In this document: one piece after another, positions 21,438 through 33,125 of the stretch
Layout: each line of letters opens with the position of its first letter
Position numbering within the stretch: position 1 is the stretch's first letter
From: Babesia bigemina
Taxonomy: Eukaryota
NCBI RefSeq assembly: GCF_000981445.1
Contig: NC_027218.1
Coordinates: 1,550,001 to 1,614,000, forward strand
Length of the DNA stretch: 64,000 bases
Direction: 5' to 3'
The notes under the pieces: generated by a model
The model's input: the letters and a program-made list of their open reading frames with translations, nothing else
Databases searched by the model: none
Told to the model about the DNA's origin: nothing
Position numbers and translations under genes: made by a program

Positions 21438-23855
21438 ATGGGTGAACCGCCGCTCCGGCCGCGGTCGTCGCGTCTGGGCAACGCCGATCGGCGTCCCGGC
21501 GGCAACGCGCGGAAGGGCCGCTATGAAATCACCGGTCTCGACGCCGACGCGTTCGCGCGTCGCACGCAGTTTCTGCGTGAGACGTACCTGGACCCCAAGA
21601 CACGGCATGCCTACCAGTGGACCGGCAACGAGAAGAAGATGCTGGCGCTCGACTGGTTCCACAACCCCGGCCTGTACAACGAGTGGCGCCCGAGCGAGAC
21701 CGAGGACATGGCGAGCCGGCTGTACTCTAACCTGATCTTCAACTACAGCCACGTGGCCATGGTGAACGTGGGCTCGACTGTGACCATCTGCCGTCTGATA
21801 AACGAGTTCGTGGACATCTACGGCAACTACCAGCTGATGTTCATGGTGGTGCGGACCGAGACCGGGGAGCTTGAGCCGCAGGACTCGCTGCGCGTGGGCC
21901 TGGTGTGGCGCGGGGAGCAGTCGTCCAAGACGATCGAGGGCAAGGAGGCGCTGCTGTACAGCGCGCCCAAGAGCGAGGACTTCCAGTGGCTCGCGGAGGG
22001 CATCAGCTTCAACCTGCACTCGTTTTCGTCCGACGAGTTCGGGTGCTTCGAGACGTGCGATAAGTGCCAGAACCGGAAGGTTGAGCCGCGCACGAAGCTG
22101 TGCCTGCCCGAGATTTTCTTCAAGGCGCACGTGGCCGGCCTGGAGATAACGTCCGCCATCGTGGACAGCCGCCGCAACTACCTCGCGACCGTGCAGAAGG
22201 TGGACGGCACCGTGCACATCATCGACATCACGAAGGTGCTGCAGGTGACCCTGGAGGTGGTGCACAAGTGGAAGACGGTGCACGAGGAGTACGTGCGTAG
22301 CTTCCGCGAGCTGAAGAACAGGCTTGAGGGCGGCCCCGTCAGCGGCGGAAGCGCTGAGGGCGGCGACGCGGCCGCTCCGCCGGAGAAGCCTCAGCGCCCC
22401 AGGGGCCACTCCGCCAGCGCGAAGGCGGTGAAGCACTGCACCGCCTGCCTGCTCAACGAAGAGCAGCTGAAGACGCTGGACGCGCTCCGTCAGCAGACCA
22501 TGGAGTTCAAGCTGCCGTACGAGCCCATCAAGTGCGTGGGTCTCGACGTCGCCGCGCAGCCGCACAAGGGCGTGCCGTTCCGGCGCATCTCGAACGAGAC
22601 GTGCCTCACGTACATCTACTCGTCCATCGAGAACCTGAAGGTTGTGGTGCCGGTGTACGTCGCGGCCGTCGGCGGCAGCCGCATCTGCGTGTGGCGCATC
22701 GGCGACGTGAACGACGGCGGCACCCGGGAGCCGTTCATGCAGCTGGACTTCCCCGAGGGCTGCAGGCCCACCGACGTGACCGCGACGCTGGGTATCGCTA
22801 AGGACTACCTCGGCCTGGTCGGCGACAAGTTCGCGCACGAGCCGCTGATCTACGCCACGGACGACTGCGGGTACCTCCGGCTGTGGACGCTGGGCGTCAG
22901 CCAGTGCGAGGCTTCGGTGCAGGTGGACACCAACGCGCTGCTGTCCGTGGACGTGAACCGCATGTACCCGAACATGGTTGTGATTGGCGTGGAGACTGGC
23001 AAGATTAAGATCTACAACGTGTGGAAGCAGTGCATGGGCGTGAGCGGGACTCCGCCGGAGATCGACTTCGTGCGCATGACCACTATCCCCAGCTACCTGC
23101 CCAACGAGGTCTACGAGTACCTGCGGTGGTACCACCCCGTGGTGAAGGTGAAGTGGGTGAACGACACTCTGGTGATGGCGCAGTACGCCGAGCCGCTGTT
23201 CGCCCGCGAGTCCGCCAACGCTTCCACCGTGGCCATCTGGAACATGGCGAAGGACATTTTCGATCGCAACGACGCCATCCTGTGCCACCGCACGTGGTCG
23301 CAGGACCTGTCCTACTCGTGGCACCTCGCTGCGCGTCTGGTGTGCCTGTACGGCGGGCACTACGCCAGCCTGGGCGGCGTGGTCTCGTCGGACTGCCGTT
23401 GGTCGAGCGAGCACGGCATCATCGCAATAAGCACCGACGCGACCGGCCAGATGCACGTGTACAAGCCCGGCGTGTGGACGTGGTCGGATTACGACGACGC
23501 GCTGTGCCTGGCCAGGTTCAAGGGTGACGCCGACTTCCACTGCAAGATCCTGGACAAGGTCACGAAGGAGCACGAGAACCTCATGAAGCGCAACGCCAGC
23601 GACGCGATGGCGTCCGCGGACCTGCGCAAGAACCGCGCGAAGTTCAGCGACTTCATGGAGATCGCGCTGCGTGAGCTGGAGCTGATCCGTTCCGACAAGG
23701 CGCTCAAGAACGACTTCGCGAGCCTGCCTACGTGGCTGAAGCGCACCCTCAAGCTCAACACTGACTGCGAGCGGCTGCTGAAGCAGATCCAGAAGAATCT
23801 GCGCGACCGCGAGATCACCGAGCACAACACCTCCGGCAACCGGGTCGAGCGTTGA
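21438..23855 (+). CDS. Large hypothetical protein with divergent WD40/beta-propeller-like repeats and C-terminal helical region
   Basis: 805-aa ORF with strong C/G-ending codon bias. WD-like blades include DGTVHIIDI, DDCGYLRLWTL, ETGKIKIYNV, TVAIWNM and DATGQMHVYK. Confidence 0.75.
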   Translation: MGEPPLRPRSSRLGNADRRPGGNARKGRYEITGLDADAFARRTQFLRETYLDPKTRHAYQWTGNEKKMLALDWFHNPGLYNEWRPSETEDMASRLYSNLIFNYSHVAMVNVGSTVTICRLINEFVDIYGNYQLMFMVVRTETGELEPQDSLRVGLVWRGEQSSKTIEGKEALLYSAPKSEDFQWLAEGISFNLHSFSSDEFGCFETCDKCQNRKVEPRTKLCLPEIFFKAHVAGLEITSAIVDSRRNYLATVQKVDGTVHIIDITKVLQVTLEVVHKWKTVHEEYVRSFRELKNRLEGGPVSGGSAEGGDAAAPPEKPQRPRGHSASAKAVKHCTACLLNEEQLKTLDALRQQTMEFKLPYEPIKCVGLDVAAQPHKGVPFRRISNETCLTYIYSSIENLKVVVPVYVAAVGGSRICVWRIGDVNDGGTREPFMQLDFPEGCRPTDVTATLGIAKDYLGLVGDKFAHEPLIYATDDCGYLRLWTLGVSQCEASVQVDTNALLSVDVNRMYPNMVVIGVETGKIKIYNVWKQCMGVSGTPPEIDFVRMTTIPSYLPNEVYEYLRWYHPVVKVKWVNDTLVMAQYAEPLFARESANASTVAIWNMAKDIFDRNDAILCHRTWSQDLSYSWHLAARLVCLYGGHYASLGGVVSSDCRWSSEHGIIAISTDATGQMHVYKPGVWTWSDYDDALCLARFKGDADFHCKILDKVTKEHENLMKRNASDAMASADLRKNRAKFSDFMEIALRELELIRSDKALKNDFASLPTWLKRTLKLNTDCERLLKQIQKNLRDREITEHNTSGNRVER

Positions 23856-24064
23856 GTGCCGCCTGGTACGAAAGCGCTGCCCAGAGCCACTCGTGGTGTA
23901 AAAACGGGATGTGTCGGTGTAGGACACCGACATCACGCCCCCAAGCCCCGGGGTACCGGGCGCCCACCAGGTCCACGCTCCGCGTCGATGTCGGCGTAGA
24001 CGCAGCCTTCACTGGTGGGCCTTCGCACCATCGCACACATACCATGTGATAGACAACAATTACA

Positions 24065-27000
24065 ATGCTAGTTCCCAACAAGCGGCAGCGCGTCGCCTCT
24101 GAGGGCGCGCAGGCTGCGCCGTCGGCGGCCGAGGTCGAGGAGCCTCAGCCGTTCGACTTCATGAGCCTGTGCGAGCGCTTCCAGGTCACCGAGGCGGCCG
24201 CTGCGCAGCCGGAGATCGTGATCGACGAGGTCACCCCGTCGGCCGCCACTGTGCTGTCGGTGGACGAGCCCGTCGGGAAGGTGCTGGCGAAGAAGGAGCT
24301 GGTCAAGAACACCGTCACCGGCTGCACCATCGAGGGCGTGCAGTTCGACGTGATGGGCAGCGACGTCATCTCCCGCCTGGCGGAGCTGCAGATCATGAAG
24401 CGGGAGCTGTACGACAACAACACCAACGAGCCGCTGCCGCTGGGCGTGCTCGACCTGAAACTCGGTGCGTCCGCCGTGGATTATCGTGTTTGTAACGTGT
24501 CGCAGGTTCTAACAGGGGTGGCAGCCTGTGCCAAACGTGCGGCAAGGACCTCAAGCAGTGCGTCGGCCACTGGGGGTACATCCGGCTGCAGCTGCCCGTG
24601 TTCCACATCGGTTTCTTCAAGTACACCATCCAGATCCTGTACTGCATCTGCAAGAAGTGCTCGTACCTGCTGCTGCCTGACCACCTGGCTCGCAAATTTC
24701 TGGAGGCGCACCGCCGCAGGATCGACGACCCCCTTCTGAAGCCGCTGCTGTTCAAGCAGATCTTGCAGGAGTGCCGCAAGATCACCAAGTGCCCGCGCTG
24801 CGAGGCTAAGCAGGGCGTGATCCGGCGCATCGTGAAGCCCGTGATGGACCAGTTCATGAAGCTGCGCCACGTGATAAAGTTCAAGGAGGGCGGCAAGATG
24901 CAGACGGTGGAGGAGGACCTGAACCCGCTGGTTGTGCAGCAGCTGTTCGAGGCCATCGACCCCATCCACGCGAAGATCCTCAACGTGGTATCGCCCGAGA
25001 AGCTGCTGATCACCAACCTCGCGGTGCCCCCGGTAGGTCCATGCGCGTGCCGCTCGTTGTTGACCCGCTTGCAGAGCTGCATCCGTCCCAGCGTGACCAT
25101 CGAGGCGCAGGGCACGACGGAGGACGATCTCACGTGCATCTTCTCGGACATCGTGGAGCTGAACAACGGCTGGAAGAACCAGATAAAGAACGGCAGCCAG
25201 ATCAGCCAGTTCATCCTGAGCTGGCAGTGCCTGCAGCTGCAGTGCACGCGTCTCATCAACGCCGACGCGCCGGCGGTGTCGCAGCTGCTGGTGTCGCGGA
25301 ACATTTCCAAGCCCGGCAGGGGCATCTGCCAGCGCCTCAAGGGCAAGGAGGGCCGTTTCCGGGGCAACCTGAGCGGCAAGAGGGTCGACTTCTCCGCGCG
25401 CACGGTGATTTCGCCCGACCCCAACGTGGGCATCGACGAGGTGGTGGTGCCCGAGTGGATCGCCATGAAGCTCACGTTCCCCGAGAAGGTGACCGCGTCG
25501 AACATCGCAATAATGAGGAAGGCCGTGCTGAACGGCGTGTCGATATGGCCGGGCGCGACGTACGTGAAGAAGGCGAACGGCGGTAAGAGCAGCCTGCAGT
25601 ACGCCAACCCCAAGTACATGAGCGACAACCTGGCCGTCGGCGACGTGGTGCTGCGCCACCTGTGGGACGGCGACGTGGTGCTGTTCAACCGCCAGCCGTC
25701 GCTGCACCGCATGAGCATCATGGCCCACCGCGTGCGCGTGATGCCGGGGTCTACGTTCCGGTTCAACGAGTGCGTGTGCCAGCCGTACAACGCCGACTTC
25801 GACGGCGACGAGATGAACCTGCACCTGCCGCAGACGTACGAGGCGAAGGCGGAGGCGCTGCACCTGATGAACGTGCTGCACAACCTCACGACTCCGAGGA
25901 ACGGCGAGCCGCTCATCGCTGCGGTGCAGGACTTTCTGTGCGCCAGCTACCTGCTGACCTCTAAGGACCGCTTCCTGACGCGGGAGCAGTTCGCGCAGGT
26001 GTGCTGCCACTTCACCGACGCCGAGGTCCACGTCGACCTGCCGCCGCCGGCTATCCTGTTCCCCGTGATGCTGTGGACCGGCAAGCAGGTGTTCAACGCG
26101 CTGCTGCGTCCGAACCGGAGCTGCCAGGTGGTCGTGAACTTCGAGTGCAAGGAGCGCGAGTTCCACGACCCGCCGCCCGGTCTGCATTCGTGCATGTGCC
26201 CGAAGGACGGTTACGTCATCTTCCACAACTCCGAGCTGGTGTCGGGCGCGCTGGGCAAGAAGTCGCTGGGCGCGTCCAAGAGCGGGCTGTTTTACCAGCT
26301 GCTCACGCGCAACAACCGCTTCATTGCGGCTGACTGCATGCTGCGGGTGTCGAAGCTCACCAGCCGGTGGCTCGCCGGGTTCGGGATGACCATCGGGCTG
26401 GACGACGTCCGCCCCGGCAAGGAGCTGCTGCGTCAGAAGGAGAAGCTGCTCCAGGACGGGTACACCAAGGTGTCCGAGGCCATCGACAGCTTCGACACCC
26501 TGCAGGCGCTGCCCGGCTGCACCCGCGAGGAGACCCTGGAGCTCAAGGTCAAGCGCGTGCTCGACGAGCTGCGGAACGAGGCAGGCAAAGCGTGCAACTC
26601 CAACCTGCGGGCCGACAACAAGCCGCTGATCATGTTCAACTCGGGCGCGAAGGGCGCGCTCATCAACATCGCACAGATGGTGGCGCTGGTGGGCCAGCAG
26701 AACGTGTCCGGCCAGCGCATCGAGAACGGGTTCATCGGCCGTACGCTTCCGCACTTCGACATCGGTTGCATGGACGCGAAGAGCAGGGGGTTCGTGGCTA
26801 ACTCGTTCTTCTCCGGCCTGGAGCCCGAGGAGTTTTTCTTCCACACCATGTCCGGCCGGGAGGGCCTCATCGACACCGCCGTGAAGACCAGCGAGACCGG
26901 CTACATGCAGCGCCGTCTGATGAAGGCGCTGGAGGTGCTGTCCGTGTGCTACGACCACACGGTGCGCACGTGCGACGGTCACGTGGTGCAGTTCCTGTAC

Positions 27001-28801
27001 GGCGACGACGGCCTGGGCGGCGCGTCGCTGCACATGGACATGACGGCCCTCGACATGACCCTCAAGCACATCCGCTGCATCACGCGCAACGCCATACCGA
27101 GCGACGCGCCGCACTCCGGCGTGCTGGAGATCCTGCCGGTGTCCGTGGATCACGTCGGCGACGAGGTGCTGCACCAGGTGCTGGCGGATGGGGAGCTGCG
27201 CAGGCTGCTGCCCATCCAGCTGCAGAAGAAGGTGGAGACCCTGGTCAACTGGAACAGGAACGCGTCCGCGAGGTCGCGTCTCGTCGACGGTTCGCGGACG
27301 CAGCAGGTCCTGAACAACCTCCGGGCGTTCTTCGCCGTGTACAAGGTGCTGGGGCAGCGCGAGCGCAACCTGCCGCTGTTCCCCGAGGAGATCGTCGCGT
27401 GGGTGGAGTTCCTGAGCCCGATGCTGAAGGAGGTGCTGCCGTCCGCCATCCAGGACCACTTCGAGCTGTCGCACGAGGGCTCCGACGACCCCGAGCTGCG
27501 TAAGCAGTACGACTACAACTCGTCCATCATCGACACACTGCGGAAGTGGGCGGCGAGCATGGGCATCCAGCGTAGCTACGCCGAGATCTGCAGGGAGTTC
27601 TACGCCAGCTGCAAGACCCCCACCGAGTTCAGGATGGACATGATCAAGTGCCAGCACAGGCTGTCCGTGCGGCAGGTGTTCGAGTACGTCCGCTGCTGCT
27701 GGAAGGATTACCAGAAGGCGATCTGCGTGCCGGGCGAGGCCATTGGTGCGCTGGGAGCGCAGTCCATTGGCGAGCCCGGCACCCAGATGACCCTCAAGAC
27801 CTTCCACTTCGCGGGGGTGGCGTCCATGAACGTCACCCTGGGCGTGCCCCGCATCAAGGAGATCATCAACGCCGCCAACACCATCCAGACGCCCATCATC
27901 GAGGTGCCGCTGCTCAACAACCGCGACTTCGGCTTCGCGCTGGCCGTCAAGGCGCGCATCGAGAAGACCACCCTGGGCCAGGTCTGCAGCAACATCAAGG
28001 AGATATTCGCGCCCACTGGCGTGGTGCTCAAGATAACGCTGAACGAGCCTCTGATCAAGAAGCTGCTGCTGCAAATCGACGCGGACAAGGTAGGCGGTTT
28101 CGCCGAGGTTTAAACGCTTGCAGGTGCGCGACGTCATCCTCGACCACAGCATCATCACCAAGTTCAAGCTGGGCAAGCAGTGCGTGCGCGTGATCGACAA
28201 GTGGAAGCTGAGCATAGAGCTTGCGGCGAACCAGCAGCAGTTCTTCCAGCAGCACGCGCTGATCGCGAGCCTGCTGCAGATCATGGTCGCCGGCGGCAAG
28301 AACATCCGTCGTACCGTGATAAAGAAGGAAAGCGGCGCCGACGGGTTCCACTACCAGCTGGCGGTGGAGGGCTACGGCCTCCAGGAGGTCATAGGCGCCG
28401 CCGGCGTGCTGTGCACCGGGGTGAAGAGCAACCACGTGCTCGAGGTGGCCAAGGTGCTCGGCATCGAGGCCGCGCGCAGCGTGATCATCAGCGAGATCCA
28501 GAAGTGCATGGACGCGTACTCCATCGACATCGACAAGCGTTACATGAAGCTGCTGGGCGACGTGATGACGTTCCGCGGCGAGGTTATCGGCATCAACAGG
28601 TTCGGCATTCAGAAGATGCGTGCGTCCACGCTGATGCTTGCGTCGTTCGAGGAGACGAACGAGCACCTGTTCGAGGCGGCCGTCCACCGCCGCCGCGACC
28701 CCATAAAGGGCGTGAGCGAGTGCATCATCATGGGCAAGCAGGTGCCGCTGGGCACTGGCGCGTTCGACCTGCTGCTCAAGGAGAACCAGGTCGCCGCCTG
28801 A
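24065..28801 (+). CDS. RPC1: RNA polymerase III largest subunit; introns 24465-24505, 25033-25074, 28090-28123
   Basis: CxxC..CVGHWGYI, RLKGKEGRFRGNLSGKRVDF, YNADFDGDEMN, LKTFHFAGVASMNVTLGVPRIKEIINA and LMLASFEET. No CTD heptads. Confidence 0.95.
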
Positions 28802-29196
28802 GCGCCGTCTAACCCCCTGTTACAAAGACAGACGTGAACAGATACGATATATATACTGACGAGACTAGCAACTGCGCGCACCATACTTCTGAGATCGGAA
28901 AACCTTAGCCGCAAAGGCTACATTCAGGTTCATGGAATACCAGCCCTTAGCATGCAGAGCAAGATGTGTATACCCAAAGAGCCCGCATAGTTGCTGTCAG
29001 CAACAATTTTTGTGCTCAAAAGGGTGCTAAGTGTCGCTATGGAACAGTTTCTGCGTTGTTTTCTGAAAATTAGGTGCTCTTTGACGATGAAAGCATGGAC
29101 TCGGCACCGCCGACGCCTGGCCTCGAAAATCCACGAAAAAGGCCCACGGAAACGCCAAAACTTGCCACAATTATTACCGCCACCGCATTGCGATTG

Positions 29197-29376
29197 CTAT
29201 TTGTGAAAATTGCCTCCCTTTTCACAGGCACACAGATTGCTGACATTGTTCAAAATAAGACACATGGGTGGCATGGTGATTCCCAACCAAAGACAGCACA
29301 TCAAATGCACGCATCGGTCAAAACAAATACTGCAGTTTTTTTCCACAGCATTTTTGTCTAATTCTTTCGCTGACAT
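29197..29376 (-). CDS. Possible Cys-rich microprotein (59 aa unspliced; 43 aa if a 48-nt in-frame intron is removed)
   Basis: MSAKELDKNAVEKNCSICFDRCVHLMCCL(C)...NLCACEKGGNFHK*, with an internal GTTGGG..GTCAG 48-nt segment. It falls below the ORF-track cutoff. Confidence 0.35.
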   Translation of the reverse strand: MSAKELDKNAVEKNCSICFDRCVHLMCCLWLGITMPPMCLILNNVSNLCACEKGGNFHK

Positions 29377-29591
29377 GAGCGAAAACTGGAACTATTTCGC
29401 ATGACATATGGGGCCCACGCCGCGCCGGGTGATGCCTCAGAAAGGCGCCCTCATCTGCCCCCAACTTGGATCCGCGACACACGGTTGATTGCGCTAAAAA
29501 TTTGCATACTCTAGGCTGTGTCACCTAGTCGGCAGGTTGACAGGGGTAGTGGAAGGTCCGCACGTGTAATATTTCGCTACGATTTCCAACG

Positions 29592-30069
29592 ATGATTCAG
29601 CTTCAGCCGATCGCCCCATGGGTCGTCGCCGCGGCGCTCTTGACCGGCTCCGTGAGATACGCGCAGGCTAAACACGAATGCAACCTCAAATGTCGTCTGA
29701 AGCCTGACTGGGTGGAAAGCCACGAGAGCGAGCCGGAGGAGCCGCAGCTGCCGCACGGTTCCCAGGAGTTCGGTGATTTCATCACCACCCTCTACAAGGA
29801 CTGGTTCGGCAACTACAACCGTATCGGCGAGAATGGCAGAATTCTCACGGCTGCTGACGCGCCCAGGGAGTACAAGATTTCCAAGGTCTTCACCATCACT
29901 GACGTCGGCTTCGGTAGATTCATCCGCATCACGAACACTGTGTTCCTGTGCCTTGCCGTCGGATTTTTGGTCTACATCTTCATCCAGGCGAAGAACAGTC
30001 AAAACGCTGAAGGTGGGTCAAGTACGTTGTCCGTTTAACATATCATAATCAGCAGCAGGTCAAAAGTAG
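29592..30069 (+). CDS. Small hypothetical type I membrane protein (signal peptide plus C-terminal TM); 3' end probably spliced
   Basis: Signal-like MIQLQPIAPWVVAAALLTGSVRYAQA and TM VFLCLAVGFLVYIFI. The unspliced ORF ends at 30038; a GTGGGT..ATCAG intron would give a stop at 30069. Confidence 0.7.
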
Positions 30070-31104
30070 GTAACGATCCGCCGGTTGCAACGCAGCGCAG
30101 GAACTAACAGTGACGGATGAAGATCGGACTGGACATCTAATTAACCAGGTCTTGGGGACGGCACGTTGTGGTCCCCGACTTACACACGTGATACCTGTGG
30201 AGGAGACATGATACGAGAACGTGAACATTGGATGTCCAGGACCGTCTACCCGTTATTTTACAGTAATATGTGATGAATGGAGATGCCACAGTTTTGGATC
30301 GCCGGAGGTTGAGCCGTGCGCTCAGTGAGTAACACGCTCAGCTCGGGCTGTGAGGATTCGCGTGTTTATCTTTTGCGTTAAAACGCACAATATCGGCGAC
30401 TCATGCAGAGCATCACGCGCCGGTATGATCGATATTCATGCGCGGAATATTTGTGTAACATGAAGTATAGGCAGCTTCTAAAGCCTGGTATCGCAGGCTG
30501 ACGAACTGCCTACTTTCGCCCGAAGGTGCGCTATCAGCACCAACACGGCGTGGTGTGCCCACATGGTCGTTATACACCAAATGTGGCATCGCTATTCGAA
30601 AATGAAACAGCCAATCGAGATTCTATAGTGCGGTACCATGCTCGTCACGTGGTGGCTCTGATTTTTTAAGGTTTTAACGAACTATACCGCTTTAATTAAT
30701 ACATGTAAACTGTACATTGCTTTTGTGTTGCTACAAGTGTGAGTTATATTATTAAAATGCCATTTGGCGCCTGTTCGTGGTTACGGCGTGTAGCCCACGG
30801 TGTGCCGCCTGTTGTATGCGATCACCGCACGCTTTGATTACGCGTGCCTATATTGTGTTTGTTAGCTAAATGTACTGCAATGCGTCGGTTTTCTCATCCT
30901 CACGTACATTTGCTCGTTGCACGTCAGGACATTGGTGACGCATGGTCTACGTGTCTTACCGCCAAGCGTGAGTCGTTTCGGCCTAACAAAAACGATACGC
31001 ACATCACCTGGCGTCACCAACATAAACCAATGTACTCGACTGCATTAGTCGCTAATTTAATGCCATCCAACCGCTCCTCGCGACGTAGAAGCCATTGCAC
31101 CGCT

Positions 31105-32913
31105 CTAATCCGTTTTCTTCGACTGCGTCACCCTGGTCTCCCGGGGTGGCCGGCTGGTGCCCAGGTGGAACACCAAGCTGAACAGCAGGCCTATGATGAC
31201 GCCTACACCGCCCATGACGTTGAATGACATCGTGTTGTCCGGCAGCACCACGTGGGAGAAGAACGCTCCTGGGTAGTGCAGCTGTACGCCTGGTTGCGAT
31301 ATGTCTTCCACTACGGGTTCTTGAGTTTCCAATATCACGGCCGAGTGTATCAATTGCCCCCTGTGCATCGAGTAGTCGATTTCCGAGAAGCGCATCTGGT
31401 TCTTCTGCAGGTCGACCCGGCAGGTGATCCGCGACTCGGCCGGTAGTAGGATTGAAAACCCGAACTCCGTCCAGTATTCGGAGCGATCGAATACGAACAA
31501 TGCCTCATCCAAGTTACCTACGAGGTCAGCTCCGTACTCTCCAGAAAGGTCCACAGAGATCTGCCCATCCCTGTTACGCGTCATGCCCACCTCCATAATC
31601 CAGCGTGGTTGCATTTCGCGTAAAGATTCGGTTTGGCTTTTCATGAGCGCGTATCCCTCCAGCAGGTGCTTTCGGGACACCGTGCGCTTGAAGCATGCGC
31701 CGCCATTGCAGGAGAAGTGCACCGCCCCGGGGTCGCCTGACTCCCCCGGCTGCCTCGAGACCTCGAACGTGAGACTGGATATCTGAGGCACCAGCCAGTA
31801 GGGCAGCGGCTGCATGAACTTAATGTACTTGGCGTCGCTCTGGTTGTTCTCGATGATGATCGACAACGACGACTGCACGCGCCGCTGGACGTTGAGCGTG
31901 GTGCTCTCCAGCTCGTACACCTTGAAGCTCAACGGCGGCAGGCAAGAATGTTTGAAACCTCTTTGTGTCGCCGCCGCGAGTTTCGCAAATGCCTCGTCTA
32001 TAGAGGCGCGCTGCGCGTCGTCAAGGTAGTCAAACACAAGCCGGTCGGCGCCTCCGAAGCCACCTCGCAACGGCTCCGGCAGCAATATCTCTACAGCGCT
32101 TGCGGTGGCATCCAGCAACTTGCGAGGGGCAGTAGCGCCTTTATAAATGCTCCACAAAGCTTTAGTGAGCGGCTTGTGGCGGATAACCAGCTGAAACTGC
32201 ACCGCCACGGTCAGTTGCCCCTTTTGCTTGAACATGCGCATCCGCACCCCCTTGTACGGCGACCGCGACCACACGCGCTCGTCGTTCACCAGCGACAGCA
32301 GCCCGTCCTGCCCCAACGACGGCAGCGCGGTGCGCCACTTGTACAGGTTGTCCACGCAAAAGACGTCGTCAGCGAACGACGAAAGCAGGCTCTTGGCCTT
32401 CGGCTTCGAACTTACCGGCTCCTCCAGCGTGACGACGCGGTTCATGTCGAAAATGAACGACTGCCTCGAGGTCAATAGGTGCAGCTGGGCGCCTGTGATT
32501 CCCCAGAGTCCCATCGCCAGGGTCTCGAAGAAGTCGTACACCTCCACCTCCGAATAGGTGTGCGGCCACGTCGCCCAGAGCGTCTCTCCGGTGTTGAAGA
32601 CCGGGAACTGGGAACACCCCCAGGTCGAGTGCCAGTCGCCGAGGTGGTGCGTGAACTCGACGTGGCTGGCGCGGCTTTTGACGAAAAGCTTGGGGAAGTC
32701 CGGCGCCATCACGTCCATCAACACACCCGGGTACGCCATGAGCTCGGGAAACGGCACGAAGCGCCCCGTGGTGACCGAGACGTCGAGTGCGAGCAGGAAG
32801 GAGCCATCGTGCAGCGGCTGGACGGTCAGCTTCTCCTCGACGACGTCGGCCGCGCAGCGTATACACCGGGCGACCACGAGCAGCCCCGCCGCGGCAAGGA
32901 GAGAGAAATACAT
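31105..32913 (-). CDS. PIGT: GPI transamidase subunit PIG-T/Gpi16
   Basis: Signal peptide, EEKLTVQPLHDG, DVFCVDNLYKWRTALP, FMQPLPYWL and VLPDNTMSFNV followed by a TM and a KKxx tail (SKKTD). This parallels PIG-T CTENL..W..LLP and PDFSMPYNV. Confidence 0.85.
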   Translation of the reverse strand: MYFSLLAAAGLLVVARCIRCAADVVEEKLTVQPLHDGSFLLALDVSVTTGRFVPFPELMAYPGVLMDVMAPDFPKLFVKSRASHVEFTHHLGDWHSTWGCSQFPVFNTGETLWATWPHTYSEVEVYDFFETLAMGLWGITGAQLHLLTSRQSFIFDMNRVVTLEEPVSSKPKAKSLLSSFADDVFCVDNLYKWRTALPSLGQDGLLSLVNDERVWSRSPYKGVRMRMFKQKGQLTVAVQFQLVIRHKPLTKALWSIYKGATAPRKLLDATASAVEILLPEPLRGGFGGADRLVFDYLDDAQRASIDEAFAKLAAATQRGFKHSCLPPLSFKVYELESTTLNVQRRVQSSLSIIIENNQSDAKYIKFMQPLPYWLVPQISSLTFEVSRQPGESGDPGAVHFSCNGGACFKRTVSRKHLLEGYALMKSQTESLREMQPRWIMEVGMTRNRDGQISVDLSGEYGADLVGNLDEALFVFDRSEYWTEFGFSILLPAESRITCRVDLQKNQMRFSEIDYSMHRGQLIHSAVILETQEPVVEDISQPGVQLHYPGAFFSHVVLPDNTMSFNVMGGVGVIIGLLFSLVFHLGTSRPPRETRVTQSKKTD

Positions 32914-33125
32914 CGCGATATTGCACACCGAGAACAGCGCCACATAAATTGCTGCGCTAGTGGCAACTGGACGCGGATGTGTAGGGACAGCAGGCATCCC
33001 GGTCCACCGACCACGTCGCGGTGGAAGGACGCGAAAAGCACTACAACCGCGCGTGATTACAACTCCCGCCAATACCTAACTGTCCTGTAGCACATTGTGT
33101 CGGCGTCCATCAGTACCATCGAGCG

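Noticed and set aside
21408..23936. 842-aa antisense ORF, and similar ones at 19802-20893, 42438-43631, 45559-46461 and 47737-48768
   Set aside because: The same codon-bias artefact, opposite well-supported genes.
24481..28305. 1274-aa antisense ORF opposite RPC1
   Set aside because: Shadow ORF. C/G-ending sense codons remove antisense stops, and the translation has no recognisable motifs.
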